A stretch of 64,000 nucleotides of DNA, taken from assembly GCA_964456695.1 (NCBI GenBank), contig CAYWAO010000005.1:19905-83904 (forward strand), read 5' to 3'. Shown one piece after another: positions 19,406 through 30,400 of this stretch (position 1 is the stretch's first letter; each line of letters opens with the position of its first letter). The stretch comes from an uncultured Cryptobacterium sp. (GTDB lineage Bacteria; Actinomycetota; Coriobacteriia; Coriobacteriales; Eggerthellaceae). The notes beneath the pieces are model-generated. The model saw nothing but the letters and a program-made list of their open reading frames with translations. It did no database searches and had not been told where the DNA came from. The translations under genes and the position numbers were made by a program.

Positions 19406-20533
19406 ATGCCGAACAAAAGTCTAGCAGGTGCCCACGGATCACATACGATCCTCGTAACGGGGGGATCGGGATTTATTGGTAGCCACACCTGTGTCGAGCT
19501 CCTAAAGGAGGGGTATCGCGTTGTTATTTTGGACGACTTGTCCAACTCAAGTATCGTTGTTGTAGATCGCATTAGAGAACTAACGCATGCAACCGACGAG
19601 CTTGTCTTTGTTCAGGCGTCTATTCTTGATAGAGATGCCCTTACCGATGTGTTTTCCACCTACTCAATCGATGCCATTATTCACTTTGCTGGATTCAAAG
19701 CAGTCGGAGAATCTACTCAAAAGCCTTTGGAATATTACTGGAACAACGTCACCGGATCGATGGTGCTCGTCGATGTTGCGCGAACCTTCGGAGTAAAGAA
19801 CATCATCTTCTCGTCATCGGCAACCGTCTATGGAGAACCAGATGTTGTTCCTATTACCGAAGATAGCCCAGTGCGCGGTGCCGAAAGTCCTTATGGAGAA
19901 ACCAAAGCAATGGTTGAACGTATTCTGAATGACCTGTACCGCTCAGACCATGAATGGAATATTGTTTTGCTGCGCTACTTCAACCCCATTGGAGCACATC
20001 CCAGTGGCCGCATCGGAGAAGACCCTAAAGGTATTCCCAACAATCTTGTCCCGTACGTCGCACAAGTAGCAATTGGAAAATTGAAAGCTATTCAAGTCTT
20101 TGGCAACAACTATCCTACTCCCGATGGCACAGGCGTGCGCGACTATATTCATGTAGTTGATCTTGCGCGCGGCCACGTAAAAGCTCTTGCGTATATGGCG
20201 GGTGAAACGAGCACCCCTGAAGAAACAGCACCTACTTCATCTGATGATCCATCCAGTACCGATGATCCTACTCGCTCAGGTGTTGCTGTCTTTAATTTGG
20301 GCACGGGCAAAGGATCGAGCGTCTTTGATGTGATTCACGCATTCGAACAAGCCTGTGGCAAAACGCTGCCTTACACCATCTGTCCACGCCGCCCAGGAGA
20401 TATTGCAAGTTGCTATGCGTCCTGCGACAAAGCACAAGATGAACTTGACTGGGTCGCTGAGTATGATCTCAATCGCATGTGCGAAGACGCCTGGCGTTGG
20501 CAGAGCAGCAATCCCAATGGGTATGAAAGCTAG
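19406..20533 (+). CDS. galE: UDP-glucose 4-epimerase
   Basis: 375 aa. Rossmann GGSGFIGSH. SSSATVYG plus a YGETK catalytic motif. Contains an extra Ser/Thr/Asp/Pro-rich insertion. Confidence 0.9.
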   Translation: MPNKSLAGAHGSHTILVTGGSGFIGSHTCVELLKEGYRVVILDDLSNSSIVVVDRIRELTHATDELVFVQASILDRDALTDVFSTYSIDAIIHFAGFKAVGESTQKPLEYYWNNVTGSMVLVDVARTFGVKNIIFSSSATVYGEPDVVPITEDSPVRGAESPYGETKAMVERILNDLYRSDHEWNIVLLRYFNPIGAHPSGRIGEDPKGIPNNLVPYVAQVAIGKLKAIQVFGNNYPTPDGTGVRDYIHVVDLARGHVKALAYMAGETSTPEETAPTSSDDPSSTDDPTRSGVAVFNLGTGKGSSVFDVIHAFEQACGKTLPYTICPRRPGDIASCYASCDKAQDELDWVAEYDLNRMCEDAWRWQSSNPNGYES

Positions 20534-20616
20534 AAAGGTACGCGAGGTTCGTTCTGAGACGATGGTTCTTGACACCCTGCGAGCATGAGCTCGCCGTAGT
20601 CTTTTAATGCCTGTGT

Positions 20617-21297
20617 CTACATAAACTTCAGCAATTCCGCAGGCGAATCAATCAGCTCATCGGGGTTGCCTTGCTTGAGCTTTTCAAGTGGCTGATAGCC
20701 CCAAGTAACACCCACCGCATACATCCCGGCATTGTGCGCTGCAAGCATATCACCATGAGAATCACCAAAATAGACGCACTGGCTTGGATCAAGCCCCATC
20801 TCTTGCGCACACATCAACAAGCCAATAGGTTCTGGTTTGCGCAAAACAACCTTGGTCTCACCATGAGAAACATCAAACAGACCAGGGAAATAGCGCCGTT
20901 CCACATCCTTTACGCCCCGCTCAAACTTATTTGACATGATGCCGAGCTTCTTCCCGTACTGCTTGAGGGTGCGCAGGCTCTCTTCCATTCCATCAAAGGG
21001 GCGCGTAAGGTTAACTCCGTATTCGCTATGAAGGACACGAAACTCATCAAACGCACGATCTTTGATATCTTCGCTCGATCCTTCAGGAACGGCTTGCTTA
21101 ATCAGAGAAAGAACGCCATCGCCTATAAACCCTAGAATCTCCTTTTCACTTCGCAACGGAAAACCCTGGCGCTCTAGCACCTTATTGGTCACAACAACTA
21201 AGTCAGGCAACGTATGGAGAAGCGTACCGTCCATATCAAACAAAAAGCCAGAAAAACCCGTACGTGTCGTCATATGACCCCCTCCAGTTGTCAGCAC
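20617..21297 (-). CDS. HAD-superfamily phosphatase (phosphoglycolate phosphatase-like)
   Basis: FDMDGTL motif I, SNK motif and GDSHGD motif IV. Confidence 0.8.
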   Translation of the reverse strand: MLTTGGGHMTTRTGFSGFLFDMDGTLLHTLPDLVVVTNKVLERQGFPLRSEKEILGFIGDGVLSLIKQAVPEGSSEDIKDRAFDEFRVLHSEYGVNLTRPFDGMEESLRTLKQYGKKLGIMSNKFERGVKDVERRYFPGLFDVSHGETKVVLRKPEPIGLLMCAQEMGLDPSQCVYFGDSHGDMLAAHNAGMYAVGVTWGYQPLEKLKQGNPDELIDSPAELLKFM

Positions 21298-21555
21298 CTA
21301 GCGCCACACCATAGTAACGTGATTATGATCCATGAGGGAAAACACAATAAAATTGTTCATATTCGTGTCGATCTGTTTGATTATTTGAACACATTCATGC
21401 CAGAATTTTCCCGCAGGTATAATTCGCTGTCTTGCAAGAACGCACCCTTATCTTGCGCTCTTACGACCGGAAATTCTACCCTCTTTTGCGCTCTTGTAAT
21501 TTTGTCGTTGGGGGTTTTTGCATGTAGGCAAGTAGAGTATAATCTGGTGGCGCAG

Positions 21556-21630
21556 GCGGGCGTCGTATAATGGTTATTACGGCAGCTTCCCAAGCTGCTC
21601 ACGCGGGTTCGATTCCCGTCGCCCGCTCCA
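21556..21630 (+). tRNA. tRNA-Gly (anticodon CCC)
   Basis: Acceptor GCGGGCG/CGCCCGC. Anticodon stem GCAGC/GCTGC with loop TTCCCAA. GGTTCGATTCC T-loop and encoded CCA. Confidence 0.9.
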
Positions 21631-21741
21631 TAAAAAACATCGAGCGCCGTCATTGTGGCGGCGCTTGTTTATTTCACAGGTTCACAATATTTCGTTGTAC
21701 CGCTTCGCTTAAAGCAGGACACATCGCAAAGCTTGAGTCAG

Positions 21742-24700
21742 CTAGACGCTTTTAAGGAGCGCCAAAACAAAATCTGAAGCCTCTTTGAGCTTGCTTTCGT
21801 CGATATTGTCAACCACATCATCTTCCAACGAGAAGAATGCCGTGTTGCCATTATCTCCCATACCCGCAATCGTAAACGCCTGCACGCCGTGTGCCATAGC
21901 ACAGGTTGCTGCTGTCTCACGACCACGCAGGGTCGCTGTCTGATAGGTGATGCCACTTCTCTCGCCTGCTTGGCGAGCAAAACGCTTCATGCGAGATGAT
22001 GCCTTGTATGCCTTAAATCCACCTTCTTGTTCAATGGCTGACAGGGTGCCAGCGCCCAGCGCTTCGAGGTTAATAATGAATGCGCCTTTCAATTCATCGG
22101 CGTGTTCTTCTAAGAATGCCATCATGCCTGAATGGCAATAGTGCTCCGCACCCAAGGCAACAAACCAGACTTCAGTATCAATATCAGGATGACGAAAGTC
22201 TTGGAGCCTGCGCAGTTCGCGATTAATTTGTTCGGAAGCATCCGTTTCACTTTCTACGCGCAGCGCCGAAGTTGGATCTACATCCACATCCAGTTCCTCT
22301 TGATATACTGCATCTTCTTCTATAGGTTCATCCTCTTCATAAGGGTCATCACTCTTTTTATTCTTTTTCAGTCTTCCGAGCGAGAACGCACCGCCATTCC
22401 AATCTCGACGATTATAGAAATCGGTTTGGTGATAATCAATTTCAACAAACCCGTCATCACCGGACGGCGGTTCTGAAGTATAGGCATCGGAACCGCCGTC
22501 TTGGCGGAAGCTCGACCAATCACCGCGCGCCTTTCCTACGCTGCGCGCATCATAGGAATCGTCCACATCAACCCATTCGTTGACCGAAATATCTTCGCGC
22601 TCCTTATCCTTCTTCTTGCGGAAGCGACCGAACAACCTTCCGGCTCTTGATTTCGGCATTTCTACGTAATCGCGCCCAGCAAATGCCCCTGTTTTGGTGT
22701 AGCCATCGTCGTATACCGAATCGTCCGCATCGTTGACATAAAGATCCTGCGGATCAACATCAGCAACCAACTCATCACCCACCGGAGCAAAAATTCCCGT
22801 TGCCCCTGCAGTTGAAAATGATCCGGTTGCCGAAACGGTTGACGGAGTTGATCCCGTATCAAGCGGAGAAGGAATGTTTAAGCCAAACGAATCGTGCGCT
22901 GGTTCATCTTGGTGTGCACTCCGTGGTGAGGACTCCTCGATTTTTGGCAACATATTAGAAAGCAGCGCTTTGGATCCTGCACGAGAATCCCGATTTGTTG
23001 CAGCCATTGGCGCGCGCTGCTTGCTGCTCTCATTACCGTCATGAGCTACCGTAACGTCAGGCAGTACGATTACTTGCCGCTTGACCTGATTGCCAATCTC
23101 GGCCGCTGATGAAATCTGAGGAATCATTGCATCCATACCAACAATAGATGAGGCTCTCTGCTCTGTTTCCTGCTCTGGCTGAGGTACGGCTTGTTCCTGG
23201 TGTTGTTCTTGATGCGATTCTAAAACAGAAGTCTTGTTGCGCGCTTCTTCAATTGCCTCCTGCACTTCTTCAGCAGATACTCGTCGCGTTGGATCTGAGG
23301 CAAACTGCGCACTCGAAGCTTCAAGCAGACTTTCGTCAAACAAATCGTCTTCGTAATACAGTGAAGGGTCAAGAGCGTTGTCCTCTTCTTCAAACGAATC
23401 CTCGTCTATGTCCTCTTTGTCCATAAACTGCGAAACATCGATAGGAGAAATTGCAGCAGTTGAACCTGGAACAGCAGCTCGGCTGACCACCTGAGACGCA
23501 GCGTGGGCATCTTCCGGTTCGGTAACTGCCTCAGCGCTCATCGTCTCTTCGTCTAAATCAGTATCATCCTGCACATCCTCGTATCCATCGTCTGCATAGG
23601 CCTGTGAAGCCACCTTTGACCCGCGCAGATTCTGAACCCACCCAGACTGTGCTTGGTCTTGCTCTTCTTGGAAGTCATATACTTCCGACGCTTCAAGATC
23701 GCTTTCACCATCATGATCATTTTTATTAGTAGTAAAGGATTTCAAACGAGATACAAATGATGCTGCCCCCTCTGCCTTGCGCACCGAACGCGCTTGAAAG
23801 CCTCGTGCAATGCTGCGTTTTTTGCTTTTCGCAGGTTGCTGAGGCTCAGGCTCCTCATCGGTTGTCTGAGATGTTTCTTGTTCTGTTTCATGGGTAACCA
23901 AAAATTCAGGTTCAATATCTACATGCGGCATCTGTACAGTTGAGGAAGGATCCACCTCACCAGAAACATCAGTCGCAATTGCAGAGCGAGCCGCTTGACC
24001 TGCACTACTAGGCTGATCCGTTGAAGTCGCAGAAACCGCAATATGCTCATGGGGGCTCCCCGCATCGTTGACACCCTCGCCTTGGACGCTTTCAGTACGA
24101 ACGGGTTCGAAATCGTCAGATTGCACAACCTTCGATGCGACGCTGGGACGTGCATCCATGCTGTCAATAACCGCTTGTGTGGACTCGCTGATCTGCGGTG
24201 CCTCGGTTGATTCAATTTGTGAATGCAGTTCTGCAAGACGAGAGGCAAGCTCGGAGTTTTCACTAGCGTGTTCTTCTTGCTGCGAGACTCCGCTATGTTC
24301 ATGCAGACCTGGTACTTCTTCGCGATGATAATCTGAATCAGGATTGGTCATGCGCGCTGCAACCGTGTCAGCATACCGAGAGCGCGACACGTTTTTCGGC
24401 TGGCTTTCCTCAGGCTTGTTGGCACGTGCTTTCGCCTGAGCAGCTTTTGCCCACGATGGCGTTTTGTCTGTTGTACTGTTTGACGATGCCACTGGTGTTT
24501 CATGCAAAAAGGGTGCTGGCTTCTCAAAGGTTTCGCGTGCTTCACCCTGGACTTCAAAACCTTGTTGGACAGCAGCTCCCGCCGCCTCAACAGCACTTGC
24601 TGCCGCAGTAGCCACACCGCTACGCTCAGGAGTAACTGAACGAACGGTTACTGTGGAATCAAATACCTCGCTCTCAGAATAAGCCGGGGGCTCTTGTGCG

Positions 24701-25845
24701 TCTGCGTCCTGAGCATCAACTACGCCCTGCGCTGCAGCAGACGATGTATCACTTTGAGAAACACCCTCCAGCGAAATTGCCTGAAAACGATCTTCTACAT
24801 CTTTTCGGTAAGGAGACGATCCGCCTACTTCAAAGCGAACACTCGACGCGATCTCGTCGTCTGCCGAATCGAGACCGCCACCTTTTACTAAACGAGAAGA
24901 AATATCAGTAACGGGAATCTTGTCTGCAACAGGCTCTCCTGTCAGCGCCTCAATGGCAGCCTTTGCTGCAGCAAGAGACTCTTTAGACCCGACCGCATTG
25001 TCATATTCAACGGAAGCTCCCTCAGGAACAACTCCAGCATCGCGCGCGGCAGATTCGCCATGAATTTGATGCTCCTCTTGCTCCTTGCGAGCAAGAATTT
25101 CCTCGTTGCTCACCAAACCATTACCAACGCGACGTGCCACATCAAGAAGAACCGAAACACCTGCTGCATTATTATTGGCAGACTGGCTATAGGGCGCACA
25201 CAGATGCAAGATGCCTCGTATAAGCGTGATCGCAAACAATACCGCACACACCGCCAACATCAACGTTATGATGGACGATGCTGCACCTGTATCAGTGGCA
25301 AATATGGTCATGCGCAAGAACAGCAAAAGCGCGGCAAACACGAGCGCACACGTTGCCACATTATGAATAAGAGGCAAGACGTTCGCGAAGGAAAGCTCTT
25401 CGTCTTTCAGCGCTCTACCCGAATCGTAATTAGCAACAAGAATGATTTTCCTGCGCCTCGTGACTCCGCTAATCGGTGTTGGCTGATATTTGGAAACAAT
25501 ATTTTGGCTTGCACCCATCCTTAAAAAACGAGAAATGACGGGTTTGTGCATCATCTCGAGCACATACATAACCGCTACGAGAGCAACAATAATAAAAGCC
25601 GGAACAACTAAAATAGGCAGGATAATCGACAAGACCACACAAATCAGGCCGAGCCCGAAGCACACCATTGTAGAGACAAGATAATTGGTAACACACCTAA
25701 AATCTTCGAGAACCGAAACGAAACCCGATTCCTTCTGCATTTTGCCAGCAAGATACAGCGCTGCCTGCTGTTCTTCTTCTGTCCCCGCGGGATGCGGACC
25801 GATCTTTTCAGAAAGATGAACAACATCATCCATTATTTCAGCCAT
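21742..25845 (-). CDS. Giant (about 1367 aa) membrane protein: M28-peptidase-like fold interrupted by TM helices and a roughly 900-aa acidic disordered region
   Basis: Start taken at MAEIMDD (AAAGGGG Shine-Dalgarno upstream). The N-terminus resembles an M28 N-terminus (IGPHPAGTEEEQQAALYL). It has four or more TM helices. M28-like strands read ILVANYDSG, ANNNAAGVSVLLDVAR, then far downstream WFVALGAEHYCHSG and IINLEALG. Confidence 0.7.
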   Translation of the reverse strand: MAEIMDDVVHLSEKIGPHPAGTEEEQQAALYLAGKMQKESGFVSVLEDFRCVTNYLVSTMVCFGLGLICVVLSIILPILVVPAFIIVALVAVMYVLEMMHKPVISRFLRMGASQNIVSKYQPTPISGVTRRRKIILVANYDSGRALKDEELSFANVLPLIHNVATCALVFAALLLFLRMTIFATDTGAASSIITLMLAVCAVLFAITLIRGILHLCAPYSQSANNNAAGVSVLLDVARRVGNGLVSNEEILARKEQEEHQIHGESAARDAGVVPEGASVEYDNAVGSKESLAAAKAAIEALTGEPVADKIPVTDISSRLVKGGGLDSADDEIASSVRFEVGGSSPYRKDVEDRFQAISLEGVSQSDTSSAAAQGVVDAQDADAQEPPAYSESEVFDSTVTVRSVTPERSGVATAAASAVEAAGAAVQQGFEVQGEARETFEKPAPFLHETPVASSNSTTDKTPSWAKAAQAKARANKPEESQPKNVSRSRYADTVAARMTNPDSDYHREEVPGLHEHSGVSQQEEHASENSELASRLAELHSQIESTEAPQISESTQAVIDSMDARPSVASKVVQSDDFEPVRTESVQGEGVNDAGSPHEHIAVSATSTDQPSSAGQAARSAIATDVSGEVDPSSTVQMPHVDIEPEFLVTHETEQETSQTTDEEPEPQQPAKSKKRSIARGFQARSVRKAEGAASFVSRLKSFTTNKNDHDGESDLEASEVYDFQEEQDQAQSGWVQNLRGSKVASQAYADDGYEDVQDDTDLDEETMSAEAVTEPEDAHAASQVVSRAAVPGSTAAISPIDVSQFMDKEDIDEDSFEEEDNALDPSLYYEDDLFDESLLEASSAQFASDPTRRVSAEEVQEAIEEARNKTSVLESHQEQHQEQAVPQPEQETEQRASSIVGMDAMIPQISSAAEIGNQVKRQVIVLPDVTVAHDGNESSKQRAPMAATNRDSRAGSKALLSNMLPKIEESSPRSAHQDEPAHDSFGLNIPSPLDTGSTPSTVSATGSFSTAGATGIFAPVGDELVADVDPQDLYVNDADDSVYDDGYTKTGAFAGRDYVEMPKSRAGRLFGRFRKKKDKEREDISVNEWVDVDDSYDARSVGKARGDWSSFRQDGGSDAYTSEPPSGDDGFVEIDYHQTDFYNRRDWNGGAFSLGRLKKNKKSDDPYEEDEPIEEDAVYQEELDVDVDPTSALRVESETDASEQINRELRRLQDFRHPDIDTEVWFVALGAEHYCHSGMMAFLEEHADELKGAFIINLEALGAGTLSAIEQEGGFKAYKASSRMKRFARQAGERSGITYQTATLRGRETAATCAMAHGVQAFTIAGMGDNGNTAFFSLEDDVVDNIDESKLKEASDFVLALLKSV

Positions 25846-26048
25846 GTAGAGCCCCTTTAATATTTGTGTTCTATGCGTGCTCAGGCATTCATACCCACTA
25901 GTATATAGACCATACAATTATACGCTTTTTTATTGAAATCACCGTTTTCCCACACATAAGTAGAATGCTCGTTTCAAGTAGTTCTTGAATTCTTCATAAT
26001 TAGTGGGCGATTAATCTGTATTTCGTTCGTTGGTGGCAATCAAACTAG

Positions 26049-27380
26049 CTAGCCCGCTGTACCTAAATAGTCTCTCAGATGTGCATCATGAGTTGCGGCG
26101 TCTGTTCGAGCGTCCTCATAGTCACTAATGAGCGACTCCTGGTATTCAGAATATGCCTCCACCACAATATCAGTAAGATCTTCAGGTAGGTCCTGCGCAA
26201 TAGTCGTTGCTGCAGCATCTGCATTGTTGTACGCATCATTGTGGGATTCTGCTGTGTCCTTGTCCTGAATCAAGATTGCTTCGTTAGACAAAATAGCTTC
26301 TTCTGCTGCTTTAATCTTTTCCGAAACATATTCTTCTAATGCATCCCAATCTGCTGAAGGGTAGTACTCTTTGGCTTGTGTGATTAGCTCGCTTGCTTGC
26401 TCGAACTGCTCTTGGGCAGAGGTACTATACTCAGTTGACTGATCAACATTTTCTTCAGTGGTATCAGAAATGATTTGTGCAGACTGGGACAGCAACGTGT
26501 TGCCTTGCTCAATAGCCTCCTGAGCCTGCGCAACAGCATCAATGGCTTGCTTTGCAACAATATCGTCGTTGAGGCGCTCTTCGGCAAGATCTAGTAATGT
26601 TTCACGTGCATCAATAGTAGAAAGTGCATGTTGTGCTGCTTCTACGTCACGCTGCGAACCTTCCAATTCTCCTTCAGCGCGCTGAGCATACGAACGCGCT
26701 TCTTCGAGGTCTTCTCGTGCTGAGGGAATAGCATCAAGTAATTGGTTTGCTGTATCGATCGTATTGTCATCAAATGATGTCTGGAAAAATTCATCGATAG
26801 CAACCGTTACCTCATCGCTTTTCTCAATAATGTCGCACGCCTCTTGTAAAACTCCGACGCTCGTACTCAGTCGTTCTCTCTCCTGGATGTACCAGTAACT
26901 TGCAACCGCCACGCCTACAATACACACCAGTGTCACTACAGCAATACTTGCCCGACGATACTGTTTTCTTCTATGCTGGCGTTTTTCAATTTCTGCTTGT
27001 GAGGACGCTCCCAAAAACGACGTGGGAGCACTCTGCTCTCGTTTCTGGTGACTGGGCTGACGAGGCTTAGTAAGATCAACCGAACCCGAAGCTGAAACAC
27101 TTGAGGTTGTTTGTGCTGGAGATGATGGTGCGGATGCCGCTTCTTCTGTGCTCGCAAGAGGCATCGTATCGCTCGACAAATCAGGAATCTGCTTGTTTTT
27201 ACTCCGTCTCCAAAATCGCCAGCCCGCTGGCTTTTCATCAAGATTGGCAACTTTTTGCTCAAGTACGTTGAAGGACAACTCGTTGGGCTTGCCAAGCGAA
27301 AATTCCTTTAGGTGCATAAATCGACGTTCTTTTTGCCCTAAACCTCTTTGTTGACCATGTTTATGTTTCTTCTTAGGCAT
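26049..27380 (-). CDS. Hypothetical bitopic protein: basic N-terminus, one TM helix, about 270-aa acidic coiled-coil ectodomain
   Basis: 443 aa. MPKKKHKHGQQRG start and TM segment IAVVTLVCIVGVAVASYWYI. The remainder is Glu/Ala/Gln/Asp-rich and helical. Confidence 0.55.
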   Translation of the reverse strand: MPKKKHKHGQQRGLGQKERRFMHLKEFSLGKPNELSFNVLEQKVANLDEKPAGWRFWRRSKNKQIPDLSSDTMPLASTEEAASAPSSPAQTTSSVSASGSVDLTKPRQPSHQKREQSAPTSFLGASSQAEIEKRQHRRKQYRRASIAVVTLVCIVGVAVASYWYIQERERLSTSVGVLQEACDIIEKSDEVTVAIDEFFQTSFDDNTIDTANQLLDAIPSAREDLEEARSYAQRAEGELEGSQRDVEAAQHALSTIDARETLLDLAEERLNDDIVAKQAIDAVAQAQEAIEQGNTLLSQSAQIISDTTEENVDQSTEYSTSAQEQFEQASELITQAKEYYPSADWDALEEYVSEKIKAAEEAILSNEAILIQDKDTAESHNDAYNNADAAATTIAQDLPEDLTDIVVEAYSEYQESLISDYEDARTDAATHDAHLRDYLGTAG

Positions 27381-27415
27381 ACGTGCACCGGTCGCGTTCT
27401 GTCGTTTGGAAGCAT

Positions 27416-30400
27416 TTATTCGGCATCGTCGGCACGCTGATCACACGCATACTCTGTCTGCATGCGGTCGTGCACGTCACGCACTATCTCTTCACACGTA
27501 AGAAATAGTACAGAACGACTCGGAAGAGAATTCAAAAACTTATTTCCATAGTATTTTGTAATCAATCGTTTATCCGCCAACACCACAATACCCTTATCGT
27601 AGGCAGTCCTGATAAGACGCCCAACCGCCTGCTTGATGTCAATCACAGCCACAGGCAATGAATAATGAGCCCAGGCGTGGTCATCTCGTTGCTGGCGTTC
27701 GCAAGACAGGGGATCGGTTGGCAATCCAAAGGGGAGTTTGGGTATGATCACTCCTTTGAGCGTCGAGCCAGGCGCATCAAAGCCTTCCCAAAAACTTTTA
27801 AGCGCAAATAAGCTAAGATGCTCGTCTTTAAGAAAATCGTCTTTGAGACCTTTGACTGACACGCCCCATTTTTGACATACCAGGCGCAAATCATTTTCCT
27901 TTAAGGCAGGCTGAACCACATCAAAACAGCGTTCCATTTCTTTGCGATTGGTAAATAAGGTCAGAAGAGAACCCTCTTGCACCCGATGAATCTTGATCAG
28001 AAAATCTTGCAGGGCAGCTAAATACGCCGTATCTTGTGGCTCGGGCATATCGGTTGGCACATAGATCTGCATGTTGGTATCAAAATCATAGCTTGATTCA
28101 ACGAGCAGGGTATCGGCCTGCGATTCTTCCGATTCGTTGAGTCCTACTGCTCGCTCGAAATCGGTAAAGCGACCGTCGATGGCAAGCGTAGCTGAGGTAT
28201 ATATGATACTTCGCGTGTTTGGATACAGTGATTCGTTAAGAGCTGTGCCCATATCAAGGGGCTGTACCGTGAAGACATCGTCAAACGTCGTCTTTGACCT
28301 ATGTAAGCGCACTGAATACACGCTGTTATCATTCTCACGGAAAAACATTGTATCGAGTGTGTCATAAACCTCTCGCAACTGGAGCGCAACAACAGCAAGT
28401 TCCCGTTGTGCGCTGGACGTATCATCCATCTGCTCGGCATACGCCACTATGTCTCGTGTAGCTTTAATTACTTTTTCAAGCGTACCATACAACGCTTTTG
28501 CGCACGAACGAACTCCTTGATATGTTTGACCTTGACGAATGTCGGTGTTCAGCCACAGATCGAACCATTCGTATCCACGAGAACGTGATTTCTGATCAAA
28601 AACCAACAAATCTTTGACGCTTAAACAAAACTCCTCAACTGCGATACGAAACGCTTCTGCACATACCCGCGCCTTACTAATAAGCGCATCGTAGAGCGCC
28701 TGGCCTTCTTCTGGAGCTTGCGCGCTTCTTTGCACGCGCGTAAGAACATTGGACGAAGCCGAATCGCTCGTGACGCGATTGCTCAATGAATGCAGCTCTT
28801 CCGAGGAAAGCGTCATAGAAAACGCACGACGTGCTTCAGCTTCAGCGCCATGCGCCTCGTCCACAACCCAATAGCGAATTGGCGGCAAAAGCTCTCCTTC
28901 ATAGCGCACGTCCCAAAATAGCAGGCTGTGATTCGTTACCACAACATCACATCGCTGTGCTTGTTCACGAGCACCATGGACAAAACATAAGCGGCCAAAA
29001 AACGGGCACTTGCGCCTGAGACACTCAGCACTTGTTGTCGTAATATTCCAACGAGGAATGGCACGGTAGTCAATTTTAAGCGCATCTATATCGTCATAGT
29101 CAGTCTGTTCTATAAATGAAAGAAGACCCGCTAAAGAAGGAGCCTGAGAGATAGGTTGTTTTTTGAACTGTATAACGCGCGCACCTTGCTTTATCAAATA
29201 ATCCACCTTGCGCAAACAGGGATAATGGCTAAAGCCTTTTAGAGGCGCATACGTGATATCTAAGGAATCAGCCAAAAGCGGCAATTCTTTATTGACAAGC
29301 TGATCGAGCAACGCGTTTGTCTTCGTTGCAACTCCAACAGTGATCTTGTTTTCCTTTGCCGCAAGCGCCAAAGGAATAAGATATGCCATCGATTTGCCAA
29401 CACCAGTTCCCGCTTCAACCGCTACATTACGTGATTGAGAGAGCGCGGTGTGTACTGCAAGAGCCATTTCTTTTTGTTCTTCGCGAACCTCATAGTTTTG
29501 ATACAGCCGGTCAAGCAGCCCACCGGGAGAAAACGCCTCGATGATGGTTTCCTTATCGGCAAACGTCAGGATTCGTGGGGCAAATTCGGCAGGAGCACAG
29601 CCGCATGCTCCTTGCATCTTGATACCCTCATCGCCACTACCGTTAGAAGTCTGGTTATAGATGCCTTCATCGAGCTTGTCTTCAACACATGCCGCCGCCA
29701 CCTCATAACTGCGTTGACAAGCAGCCTCTCTGTCGTCCTTGTTATTGTCACCGTTTCTGCATGCTTCTACTTCACTGAGACTCACTTCACTAAGCGGACT
29801 GTTTGCATCCTGGCGCAACGGATGAAGATCTTTTGTCAATGATTCCTTGCGTGCGCGTACCATCTTATAGGGACGCTGATCTGCTTTTTCCCGAGCAACC
29901 GGATTTGCCAAACATTGGAATACGTACGCGGTATTCCACAATTCAACATCACTCATACGCGCAATTGACGCAACTAGATCTTCGGGCATCAAAGTAATCG
30001 CAGCAAGTAAGATGCGATATACCACACAGGTTGCTGCCACATCATCATCAGCACGATGCGTAGATTCAGGTACACCAAATGCTCGTGCCAAATCGAGAAG
30101 ACGATGCGAGGTCAAACGAGGCAGTGCAATGCGTGCAAGGTCAAGAGAATCAATCCATCTGTTTTGCTTGAGCGGTTCGCCCGCTTCTCGTTTTGTAACA
30201 AAGGTTCGGTCAAAGCCAACATTGTGTGCTACCACGTCAGAAGAGCCCACAAATTTCACCAGATTAGCAAGCGCTTCGTCTGGTTCTGGTGCATCAGCCA
30301 CATCGTCGTCGGTAATATGCGTTAAATGAGCAATATCTTCAGGAATAGATTTTCCTGGGTTGACGAAAGTAATGTACCACTCAATAATTTCTCCCTGTTT

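Noticed and set aside
21381-21653. 90-aa ORF overlapping tRNA-Gly. ORFs at 52396-52629 and 56702-56916 similarly overlap tRNA-Ala and tRNA-Ser.
   Set aside because: They are translations through tRNA genes and have no independent support.
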